From: Mobula hypostoma
Taxonomy: Eukaryota
Assembly (NCBI RefSeq): GCF_963921235.1
Contig: NC_086097.1
Location: forward strand, 98,582,001 to 98,646,000
Length of the DNA: 64,000 bases
Direction of reading: 5' to 3'
The notes under the pieces: model-generated
Seen by the model: the letters and a program-made list of their open reading frames with translations, nothing else
What the model was told of the DNA's origin: nothing
Database searches by the model: none
Made by a program: the position numbers and the translations under genes
Shown: piece after piece, positions 48,401-60,400 of the stretch
How the letters are laid out: each line of letters begins with the position of its first letter
Numbering within the stretch: position 1 is the first letter of the stretch

Positions 48401-51400
48401 ACTGGTGGTTGTAATTGGTGTAGGGTTAGTGTCAGGAGGTGACTGGTGGTTGTAATTGGTGTAGGGTTAGTGTCAGTAGGTGACTGGTTGTAATTGGTGT
48501 AGGGTTAGTGTCAGGAGGTGACTGGTTGTAATTGGTGTAGGGTTAGTGTCAGGAGGTGACTGGTGGTTGTAATTGGTGTAGGGTTAGTGTCAGGAGGTGA
48601 CTGGTGGTTGTAATTGGTGTAGGGTTAGTGTCAGTAGGTGACTGGTTGTAATTGGTGTAGGGTTAGTGTCAGGAAGTGACTGGTTGTAATTGGTGTAGGG
48701 TTAGTGTCAGGAGGTGACTGGTGGTTGTAATTGGTGTAGGGTTAGTGTCAGGAGGTGACTGGTGGTTGTAATTGGTGTAGGGTTAGTGTCAGTAGGTGAC
48801 TGGTTGTAATTGGTGTAGGGTTAGTGTCAGGAGGTGACTGGTTGTAATTGGTGTCGGGTTAGTGTCAGGAGGTGACTGGTGGTTGTAATTGGTGTAGGGT
48901 TAGTGTCAGGAGGTGACTGGTGGTTGTAATTGGTGTAGGGTTAGTGTCAGTAGGTGACTGGTTGTAATTGGTGTAGGGTTAGTGTCAGTAGGTGACTGGT
49001 TGTAATTGGTGTAGGGTTAGTGTCAGGAGGTGACTGGTGGTTGTAATTGGTGTAGGGTTAGTGTCGGGGGTGACTGGTGGTTGTAATTGGTGTAGGGTTA
49101 GTGTCAGGAGGTGACTGGTGGTTGTAATTGGTGTAGGGTTAGTGTCAGGAGGTGACTGGTGGTAATTGGTGTAGGTTAGTGTCAGTAGGTGACTGGTTGT
49201 AATTGGTGTAGGGTTAGTGTCAGGAGGTGACTGGTGGTTGTAATTGGTGTAGGGTTAGTGTCAGGAGGTGACTGGTGGTTGTAATTGGTGTAGGGTTAGT
49301 GTCAGTAGGTGACTGGTTGTAATTGGTGTAGGGTTAGTGTCAGGAGGTGACTGGTTGTAATTGGTGTAGGGTTAGTGTCAGGAGGTGACTGGTGGTTGTA
49401 ATTGGTGTAGGGTTAGTGTCAGGAGGTGACTGGTGGTAATTGGTGTAGGTTAGTGTCAGTAGGTGACTGGTTGTAATTGGTGTAGGGTTAGTGTCAGGAA
49501 GTGACTGGTTGTAATTGGTGTAGGGTTAGTGTCAGGAGGTGACTGGTGGTTGTAATTGGTGAGAGTTAGTGTCAGGAGGTGACTGGTGGTTGTAATTGGT
49601 GTAGGGTTAGTGTCAGTAGGTGACTGGTTGTAATTGGTGTAGGGTTAGTGTCAGTAGGTGACTGGTTGTAATTGGTGTAGGGTTAGTGTCAGGAAGTGAC
49701 TGGTTGTAATTGGTGTAGGGTTAGTGTCAGGAGGTGACTGGTGGTTGTAATTGGTGTAGGGTTAGTGTCAGTAGGTGACTGGTTGTAATTGGTGTAGGGT
49801 TAGTGTCAGGAGGTGACTGGTTGTAATTGGTGTAGGGTTAGTGTCAGGAGGTGACTGGTGGTTGTAATTGGTGTAGGGTTAGTGTCAGGAGGTGACTGGT
49901 GGTAATTGGTGTAGGGTTAGTGTCAGTAGGTGACTGGTTGTAATTGGTGTAGGGTTAGTGTCAGGAGGTGACTGGTTGTAATTGGTGTAGGGTTAGTGTC
50001 AGAAGGTGACTGGTGGTTGTAATTGGGGTACGGTTAGTGTCAGGAGGTGACTGGTGGTTGTAATTGGTGTAGGGTTAGTGTCAGTAGGTGACTGGTTGTA
50101 ATTGGTGTAGGGTTAGTGTCAGGAGGTGACTGGTTGTAATTGGTGTCGGGTTAGTGTCAGGAGGTGACTGGTGGTTGTAATTGGTGTAGGGTTAGTGTCA
50201 GGAGGTGACTGGTGGTAATTGGTGTAGGGTTAGTGTCAGTAGGTGACAGGTTGTAATTGGTGTAGGGTTAGTGTCAGGAGGTGACTGGTGGTTGTAATTG
50301 GTGTCGGGTTAGTGTCAGGAGGTGACTGGTGGTTGTAATTGGTGTAGGGTTAGTGTCAGGAGGTGACTGGTTGTAATTGGTGTAGGGTTAGTGTCAGGAG
50401 GTGACTGGTGGTTGTAATTGGTGTAGGGTTAGTGTCAGGAGGTGACTGGTGGTTGTAATTGGTGTAGGGTTAGTGTCAGTAGGTGACTGGTTGTAATTGG
50501 TGTAGGGTTAGTGTCAGGAAGTGACTGGTTGTAATTGGTGTAGGGTTAGTGTCAGGAGGTGACTGGTGGTTGTAATTGGTGTAGGGTTAGTGTCAGGAGG
50601 TGACTGGTGGTTGTTATTGGTGTAGGGTTAGTGTCAGTAGGTGACTGGTTGTAATTGGTGTAGGGTTAGTGTCAGGAGGTGACTGGTTGTAATTGGTGTC
50701 GGGTTAGTGTCAGGAGGTGACTGGTGGTTGTAATTGGTGTAGGGTTAGTGTCAGGAGGTGACTGGTGGTTGTAATTGGTGTAGGGTTAGTGTCAGTAGGT
50801 GACTGGTTGTAATTGGTGTAGGGTTAGTGTCAGTAGGTGACTGGTTGTAATTGGTGTAGGGTTAGTGTCAGGAGGTACCTGGTGGTTGTAATTGGTGTAG
50901 GGTTAGTGTCGGGGGTGACTGGTGGTTGTAATTGGTGTAGAGTTAGTGTCAGGAGGTGACTGGTGGTTGTAATTGGTGTAGGGTTAGTGTCAGGAGGTGA
51001 CTGGTGGTAATTGGTGTAGGTTAGTGTCAGTAGGTGACTGGTTGTAATTGGTGTTGGGTTAGTGTCAGGAGGTGACTGGTGGTTGTAATTGGTGTCGGGT
51101 TAGTGTCAGGAGGTGACTGGTGGTTGTAATTGGTGTAGGGTTAGTGTCAGTAGGTGACTGGTTGTAATTGGTGTAGGGTTAGTGTCAGGAGGTGACTGGT
51201 GGTTGTAATTGGTGTAGGGTTAGTGTCAGGAGGTGACTGGTGGTTGTAATTGGTGTAGGGTTAGTGTCAGTAGGTGACTGGTTGTAATTGGTGTAGGGTT
51301 AGTGTCAGGAGGTGACTGGTTGTAATTGGTGTCGGGTTAGTGTCAGGAGGTGACTGGTGGTTGTAATTGGTGTAGGGTTAGTGTCAGGAGGTGACTGGTG

Positions 51401-54400
51401 GTAATTGGTGTAGGGTTAGTGTCAGTAGGTGACTGGTTGTAATTGGTGTAGGGTTAGTGTCAGGAGGTGACAGGTGGTTGTAATTGGTGTCGGGTTAGTG
51501 TCAGGAGGTGACTGGTGGTTGTAATTGGTGCAGGGTTAGTGTCAGGAGGTGACTGGTGGTTGTAATTGGTGCAGGGTTAGTGTCAGGAGGTGACTGGTGG
51601 TTGTAATTGGTGCAGGGTTAGTGTCAGGAGGTGACTGGTTGTAATTGGTGTAGGGTTAGTGTCAGTAGGTGACTAGTTGTAATTGGTGTAGGGTTAGTGT
51701 CAGGAGGTGACTGGTTGTAATTGGTGTAGGGTTAGTGTCAGGAGGTGACTGGTGGTTGTAATTGGGGTAGGGTTAGTGTCAGGAGGTGACTGGTGGTTGT
51801 TATTGGTGTAGGGTTAGTGTCAGTAGGTGACTGGTTGTAATTGGTGTAGGGTTAGTGTCAGGAGGTGACTGGTTGTAATTGGTGTCGGGTTAGTGTCAGG
51901 AGGTGACTGGTGGTTGTAATTGGTGTAGGGTTAGTGTCAGGAGGTTACTGGTGGTAATTGGTGTAGGGTTAGTGTCAGTAGGTGACTGGTTGTAATTGGT
52001 GTAGGGTTAGTGTCAGGAGGTGACAGGTGGTTGTAATTGGTGTCGGGTTAGTGTCAGGAGGTGACTGGTGGTTGTAATTGGTGCAGGGCTAGTGTCAGGA
52101 GGTGACTGGTGGTTGTAATTGGTGCAGGGTTAGTGTCAGGAGGTGACTGGTTGTAATTGGTGTAGGGTTAGTGTCAGTAGGTGACTGGTTGTAATTGGTG
52201 TAGGGTTAGTGTCAGGAAGTGACTGGTTGTAATTGGTGTAGGGTTAGTGTCAGGAGGTGACTGGTGGTTGTAATTGGTGTAGGGTTAGTGTCAGGAGGTG
52301 ACTGGTGGTTGTAATTGGTGTAGGGTTAGTGTCAGGAGGTGACTGGTGGTTGTAATTGGTGTAGGGTTAGTGTCAGGAGGTGACTGTGGTAATTGGTGTA
52401 GGGTTAGTGTCAGTAGGTGACTGGTTGTAATTGGTGTAGGGTTAGTGTCAGGAGGTGACTGGTTGTAATTGGTGTAGGGTTAGTGTCAGGAGGTGACTGG
52501 TGGTTGTAATTGGTGTAGGGTTAGTGTCAGTAGGTGACTGGTTGTAATTGGTGTAGGGTTAGTGTCAGTAGGTGACTGGTTGTAATTGGTGTAGGGTTAG
52601 TGTCAGGAGGTGACTGGTTGTAATTGGTGTAGGGTTAGTGTCAGGAGGTGACTGGTGGTTGTAATTGGTGTAGGGTTAGTGTCAGGAGGTGACTGGTGGT
52701 TGTAATTGGTGTAGGGTTAGTGTCAGTAGGTGACTGGTTGTAATTGGTGTAGGGTTAGTGTCAGGAGGTGACTGGTTGTAATTGGTGTAGGGTTAGTGTC
52801 AGGAGGTGACTGGTGGTTGTAATTGGTGTAGGGTTAGTGTCAGGAGGTGACTGGTTGTAATTGGTGTAGGGTTAGTGTCAGGAGGTGACTGGTGGTTGTA
52901 ATTGGTGTAGGGTTAGTGTCAGGAGGTGACTGGTGGTTGTAATTGGTGTAGGGTTAGTGTCAGGAGGTGACTGGTGGTTGTAATTGGTGTCGGGTTAGTG
53001 TCAGGAGGTGACTGGTGGTTGTAATTGGTGTAGGGTTAGTGTCAGTAGGTGACTGGTTGTAATTGGTGTAGGGTTAGTGTCAGGAAGTGACTGGTTGTAA
53101 TTGGTGTAGGGTTAGTGTCAGGAGGTGACTGGTGGTTGTAATTGGTGAGGGTTAGTGTCAGGAGGTGACTGGTGGTTGTAATTGGTGTAGGGTTAGTGTC
53201 AGTAGGTGACTGGTTGTAATTGGTGTAGGGTTAGTGTCAGAAGGTGACTGGTTGTAATTGGTGTCGGGTTAGTGTCAGGAGGTGACTGGTGGTTGTAATT
53301 GGTGTAGGGTTAGTGTCAGGAGGTGACTGGTGGTTGTAATTGGTGTAGGGTTAGTGTCAGTAGGTGACTGGTTGTAATTGGTGTAGGGTTAGTGTCAGTA
53401 GGTGACTGGTTGTAATTGGTGTAGGGTTAGTGTCAGGAGGTGACTGGTTGTTGTAATTGGTGTAGGGTTAGTGTCAGGAGGTGACTGGTGGTTGTAATTG
53501 GTGTAGGGTTAGTGTCAGGAGGTGACTGGTGGTTGTAATTGGTGTAGGGTTAGTGTCAGGAGGTGACTGGTGGTAATTGGTGTAGGTTAGTGTCAGTAGG
53601 TGACTGGTTGTAATTGGTGTTGGGTTAGTGTCAGGAGGTGACTGGTGGTTGTAATTGGTGTAGGGTTAGTGTCAGGAGGTGACTGGTGGTTGTAATTGGT
53701 GTAGGGTTAGTGTCAGTAGGTGACTGGTTGTAATTGGTGTAGGGTTAGTGTCAGGAGGTGACTGGTGGTTGTAATTGGTGTAGGGTTAGTGTCAGGAGGT
53801 GACTGGTGGTTGTAATTGGTGTAGGGTTAGTGTCAGTAGGTGACTGGTTGTAATTGGTGTAGGGTTAGTGTCAGGAGGTGACTGGTTGTAATTGGTGTCG
53901 GGTTAGTGTCAGGAGGTGACTGGTGGTTGTAATTGGTGTAGGGTTAGTGTCAGGAGGTGACTGGTGGTTGTAATTGGTGTAGGGTTAGTGTCAGTAGGTG
54001 ACTGGTTGTAATTGGTGTAGGGTTAGTGTCAGGAGGTGACTGGTTGTAATTGGTGTCGGGTTAGTGTCAGGAGGTGACTGGTGGTTGTAATTGGTGCAGG
54101 CCTAGTGTCAGGAGGTGACTGGTGGTTGTAATTGGGGCAGGGTTAGTGTCAGGAGGTGACTGGTGGTTGTAATTGGTGTAGGGTTAGTGTCAGGAGGTGA
54201 CTGGTTGTAATTGGTGTAGGGTTAGTGTCAGTAGGTGACTGGTTGTAATTGGTGTAGGGTTAGTGTCAGGAGGTGACTGGTTGTAATTGGTGTAGGGTTA
54301 GTGTCAGGAGGTGACTGGTGGTTGTAATTGGTGTAGGGTTAGTGTCAGGAGGTGACTGGTGGTTGTAATTGGTGTAGGGTTAGTGTCAGTAGGTGACTGG

Positions 54401-57400
54401 TTGTAATTGGTGTAGGGTTAGTGTCAGGAGGTGACTGGTTGTAATTGGTGTCGGGTTAGTGTCAGGAGGTGACTGGTGGTTGTAATTGGTGTAGGGTTAG
54501 TGTCAGGAGGTGACTGGTGGTAATTGGTGTAGGGTTAGTGTCAGTAGGTGACTGGTTGTAATTGGTGTAGGGTTAGTGTCAGGAGGTGACAGGTGGTTGT
54601 AATTGGTGTCGGGTTAGTGTCAGGAGGTGACTGGTGGTTGTAATTGGTGCAGGGCTAGTGTCAGGAGGTGACAGGTGGTTGTAATGGGTGCAGGGTTAGT
54701 GTCAGGAGGTGACTGGTTGTAATTGGTGTAGGGTTAGTGTCAGTAGGTGACTGGTTGTAATTGGTGTAGGGTTAGTGTCAGGAAGTGACTGGTTGTAATT
54801 GGTGTAGGGTTAGTGTCAGGAGGTGACTGGTGGTTGTAATTGGTGTAGGGTTAGTGTCGGGGGTGACTGGTGGTTGTAATTGGTGTAGGGTTAGTGTCAG
54901 GAGGTGACTGGTGGTTGTAATTGGAGTAGGGTTAGTGTCAGGAGGTGACTGATGGTAATTGGTGTAGGGTTAGTGTCAGTAGGTGACTGGTTGTAATTGG
55001 TGTAGGGTTAGTGTCAGGAGGTGACTGGTTGTAATTGGTGTAGGGTTAGTGTCAGGAGGTGACTGGTGGTTGTAATTGGTGTAGGGTTAGTGTCAGTAGG
55101 TGACTGGTTGTAATTGGTGTCGGGTTAGTGTCAGTAGGTGACTGGTTGTAATTGGTGTAGGGTTAGTGTCAGGAGGTGACTGGTTGTAATTGGTGTAGGG
55201 TTAGTGTCAGGAGGTGACTGGTGGTTGTAATTGGGGTAGGGTTAGTGTCAGGAGGTGACTGGTGGTTGTAATTGGTGTAGGGTTAGTGTCAGTAGGTGAC
55301 TGGTTGTAATTGGTGTAGGGTTAGTGTCAGGAGGTGACTGGTTGTAATTGGTGTCAGGTTAGTGTCAGTAGGTGACTGGTTGTAATTGGTGTAGGGTTAG
55401 TGTCAGGAGGTGACTGGTTGTAATTGGTGTAGGGTTAGTGTCAGGAGGTGACTGGTGGTTGTAATTGGGGTAGGGTTAGTGTCAGGAGGTGACTGGTGGT
55501 TGTAATTGGTGTAGGGTTAGTGTCAGGAAGTGACTGGTTGTAATTGGTGTAGGGTTAGTGTCAGGAGGTGACTGGTGGTTGTAATTGGTGTAGGGTTAGT
55601 GTCAGTAGGTGACTGGTTGTAATTGGTGTAGGGTTAGTGTCAGGAGGTGACTGGTTGTAATTGGTGTCGGGTTAGTGTCAGGAGGTGACTGGTGGTTGTA
55701 ATTGGTGTAGGGTTAGTGTCAGGAGGTGACTGGTGGTAATTGGTGTAGGGTTAGTGTCAGCAGTTGACAGGTTGTAATTGGTGTAGGGTTAGTGTCAGGA
55801 GGTGACAGGTGGTTGTAATTGGTGTCGGGTTAGTGTCAGGAGGTGACTGGTGGTTGTAATTGGTGCAGGGTTAGTGTCAGGAGGTGACTGGTGGTTGTAA
55901 TTGGTGCAGGGTTAGTGTCAGGAGGTGACTGGTGGTTGTAATTGGTGCAGGGTTAGTGTCAGGAGGTGACAGGTGGTTGTAATGGGTGCAGGGTTAGTGT
56001 CAGGAGCTGACTGGTGGTTGTAATTGGTGCAGGGTTAGTGTCAGTAGGTGACTGGTTGTAGTTGGTGTAGGGTTAGTGTCAGGAAGTGACTGGTTGTAAT
56101 TGGTGTAGGGTTAGTGTCAGGAGGTGACTGGTGGTTGTAATTGGTGAGAGTTAGTGTCAGGAGGTGACTGGTGGTTGTAATTGGTGTAGGGTTAGTGTCA
56201 GTAGGTGACTGGTTGTAATTGGTGTCGGGTTAGTGTCAGTAGGTGACTGGTTGTAATTGGTGTAGGGTTAGTGTCAGGAGGTGACTGGTGGTTGTAATTG
56301 GTGTAGGGTTAGTGTCAGGAGGTTACTGGTGGTAATTGGTGTAGGTTAGTGTCAGTAGGTGACTGGTTGTAATTGGTGTAGGGTTAGTGTCAGGAAGTGA
56401 CTGGTTGTAATTGGTGTAGGGTTAGTGTCAGGAGGTGACTGGTGGTTGTAATTGGTGTAGGGTTAGTGTCGGGGGTGACTGGTGGTTGTAATTGGTGTAG
56501 GGTTAGTGTCAGGAGGTGACTGGTGGTTGTAATTGGAGTAGGGTTAGTGTCAGGAGGTGACTGATGGTAATTGGTGTAGGGTTAGTGTCAGTAGGTGACT
56601 GGTTGTAATTGGTGTAGGGTTAGTGTCAGGAGGTGACTGGTTGTAATTGGTGTAGGGTTAGTGTCAGGAGGTGACTGGTGGTTGTAATTGGTGTAGGGTT
56701 AGTGTCAGTAGGTGACTGGTTGTAATTGGTGTAGGGTTAGTGTCAGGAGGTGACTGGTGGTTGTAATTGGTGTAGGGTTAGTGTCAGGAGGTGACTGGTG
56801 GTTGTAATTGGTGTAGGGTTAGTGTCAGTAGGTGACTGGTTGTAATTGGTGTAGGGTTAGTGTCAGGAGGTGACTGGTTGTAATTGGTGTAGGGTTAGTG
56901 TCAGGAGGTGACTGGTTGTAATTGGTGTAGGGTTAGTGTCAGGAGGTGACTGGTGGTTGTAATTGGTGTAGGGTTAGTGTCAGGAGGTGACTGGTGGTTG
57001 TAATTGGTGTAGGGTTAGTGTCAGTAGGTGACTGGTTGTAATTGGTGTAGGGTTAGTGTCAGGAGGTGACTGGTTGTAATTGGTGTCGGGTTAGTGTCAG
57101 GAGGTGACTGGTGGTTGTAATTGGTGTAGGGTTAGTGTCAGGAGGTGACTGGTGGTAATTGGTGTAGGTTAGTGTCAGTAGGTGACTGGTTGTAATTGGT
57201 GTAGGGTTAGTGTCAGGAGGTGACTGGTGGTTGTAATTGGTGTCGGGTTAGTGTCAGGAGGTGACTGGTGGTTGTAATTGGTGTAGGGTTAGTGTCAGTA
57301 GGTGACTGGTTGTAATTGGTGTAGGGTTAGTGTCAGGAGGTGACTGGTTGTAATTGGTGTCGGGTTAGTGTCAGGAGGTGACTGGTGGTTGTAATTGGTG

Positions 57401-60400
57401 TAGGGTTAGTGTCAGGAGGTGACTGGTGGTAATTGGTGTAGGTTAGTGTCAGTAGGTGACTGGTTGTAATTGGTGTAGGGTTAGTGTCAGGAAGTGACTG
57501 GTTGTAATTGGTGTAGGGTTAGTGTCAGGAGGTGACTGGTGGTTGTAATTGGTGAGAGTTAGTGTCAGGAGGTGACTGGTGGTTGTAATTGGTGTAGGGT
57601 TAGTGTCAGTAGGTGACTGGTTGTAATTGGTGTAGGGTTAGTGTCAGAAGGTGACTGGTTGTAATTGGTGTCGGGTTAGTGTCAGGAGGTGACTGGTGGT
57701 TGTAATTGGTGTAGGGTTAGTGTCAGGAGGTGACTGGTGGTTGTAATTGGTGTAGGGTTAGTGTCAGTAGGTGACTGGTTGTAATTGGTGTAGGGTTAGT
57801 GTCAGTAGGTGACTGGTTGTAATTGGTGTAGGGTTAGTGTCAGGAGGTGACTGGTGGTTGTAATTGGTGTAGGGTTAGTGTCGGGGGTGACTGGTGGTTG
57901 TAATTGGTGTAGGGTTAGTGTCAGGAGGTGACTGGTGGTTGTAATTGGTGTAGGGTTAGTGTCAGGAGGTGACTGGTGGTAATTGGTGTAGGTTAGTGTC
58001 AGTAGGTGACTGGTTGTAATTGGTGTTGGGTTAGTGTCAGGAGGTGACTGGTTGTAATTGGTGTAGGGTTAGTGTCAGGAGGTGACTGGTTGTAATTGGT
58101 GTAGGGTTAGTGTCAGGAGGTGACTGGTGGTTGTAATTGGGGTAGGGTTAGTGTCAGGAGGTGACTGGTGGTTGTAATTGGTGTAGGGTTAGTGTCAGTA
58201 GGTGACTGGTTGTAATTGGTGTAGGGTTAGTGTCAGGAGGTGACTGGTTGTAATTGGTGTCGGGTTAGTGTCAGGAGGTGACTGGTGGTTGTAATTGGTG
58301 TAGGGTTAGTGTCAGGAGGTGACTGGTGGTAATTGGTGTAGGTTAGTGTCAGTAGGTGACTGGTTGTAATTGGTGTTGGGTTAGTGTCAGGAGGTGACTG
58401 GTGGTTGTAATTGGTGTCGGGTTAGTGTCAGGAGGTGACTGGTGGTTGTAATTGGTGTAGGGTTAGTGTCAGTAGGTGACTGGTTGTAATTGGTGTAGGG
58501 TTAGTGTCAGGAGGTGACTGGTTGTAATTGGTGTCGGGTTAGTGTCAGGAGGTGACTGGTGGTTGTAATTGGTGTAGGGTTAGTGTCAGGAGGTGACTGG
58601 TGGTAATTGGTGTAGGTTAGTGTCAGTAGGTGACTGGTTGTAATTGGTGTAGGGTTAGTGTCAGGAAGTGACTGGTTGTAATTGGTGTAGGGTTAGTGTC
58701 AGGAGGTGACTGGTGGTTGTAATTGGTGTAGGGTTAGTGTCAGGAGGTGACTGGTGGTTGTAATTGGTGTAGGGTTAGTGTCAGTAGGTGACTGGTTGTA
58801 ATTGGTGTAGGGTTAGTGTCAGGAGGTGACTGGTTGTAATTGGTGTCGGGGTAGTGTCAGGAGGTGACTGGTGGTTGTAATTGGTGTAGAGTTAGTGTCA
58901 GGAGGTGACTGGTGGTTGTAATTGGTGTAGGGTTAGTGTCAGGAGGTGACTGGTGGTTGTAATTGGTGTAGGGTTAGTGTCAGGAGGTGACTGGTTGTAA
59001 TTGGTGTAGGGTTAGTGTCAGTAGGTGACTGGTTGTAATTGGTGTAGGGTTAGTGTCAGGAGGTGACTGGTTGTAATTGGTGTAGGGTTAGTGTCAGGAG
59101 GTGACTGGTTGTAATTGGTGTAGGGTTAGTGTCAGGAGGTGACTGGTGGTTGTAATTGGTGTAGGGTTAGTGTCAGGAGGTGACTGGTGGTTGTAATTGG
59201 TGTAGGGTTAGTGTCAGTAGGTGACTGGTTGTAATTGGTGTAGGGTTAGTGTCAGGAGGTGACTGGTTGTAATTGGTGTCGGGTTAGTGTCAGGAGGTGA
59301 CTGGTGGTTGTAATTGGTGTAGGGTTAGTGTCAGGAGGTGACTGGTGGTAATTGGTGTAGGTTAGTGTCAGTAGGTGACTGGTTGTAATTGGTGTTGGGT
59401 TAGTGTCAGGAGGTGACTGGTGGTTGTAATTGGTGTCGGGTTATTGTCAGGAGGTGACTGGTGGTTGTAATTGGTGTAGGGTTAGTGTCAGTAGGTGACT
59501 GGTTGTAATTGGTGTAGGGTTAGTGTCAGGAGGTGACTGGTTGTAATTGGTGTAGGGTTAGTGTCAGGAGGTGACTGGTGGTTGTAATTGGTGTAGGGTT
59601 AGTGTCAGGAGGTGACTGGTGGTAATTGGTGTAGGTTAGTGTCAGTAGGTGACTGGTTGTAATTGGTGTAGGGTTAGTGTCAGGAAGTGACTGGTTGTAA
59701 TTGGTGTAGGGTTAGTGTCAGGAGGTGACTGGTGGTTGTAATTGGTGTAGGGTTAGTGTCAGGAGGTGACTGGTGGTTGTAATTGGTGTAGGGTTAGTGT
59801 CAGTAGGTGACTGGTTGTAATTGGTGTAGGGTTAGTGTCAGGAGGTGACTGGTTGTAATTGGTGTAGGGTTAGTGTCAGGAGGTGACTGGTGGTTGTAAT
59901 TGGGGTAGGGTTAGTGTCAGGAGGTGACTGGTGGTTGTAATTGGTGTAGGGTTAGTGTCAGTAGGTGACTGGTTGTAATTGGTGTAGGGTTAGTGTCAGT
60001 AGGTGACTGGTTGTAATTGGTGTAGGGTTAGTGTCAGGAGGTGACTGGTGGTTGTAATTGGTGTAGGGTTAGTGTCGGGGGTGACTGGTGGTTGTAATTG
60101 GTGTAGGGTTAGTGTCAGGAGGTGACTGGTGGTTGTAATTGGTGTAGGGTTAGTGTCAGGAGGTGACTGGTGGTAATTGGTGTAGGGTTAGTGTCAGTAG
60201 GTGACTGGTTGTAATTGGTGTAGGGTTAGTGTCAGGAGGTGACTGGTGGTTGTAATTGGTGTAGGGTTAGTGTCAGGAGGTGACTGGTGGTTGTAATTGG
60301 TGTAGGGTTAGTGTCAGTAGGTGACTGGTTGTAATTGGTGTAGGGTTAGTGTCAGGAGGTGACTGGTTGTAATTGGTGTAGGGTTAGTGTCAGGAGGTGA

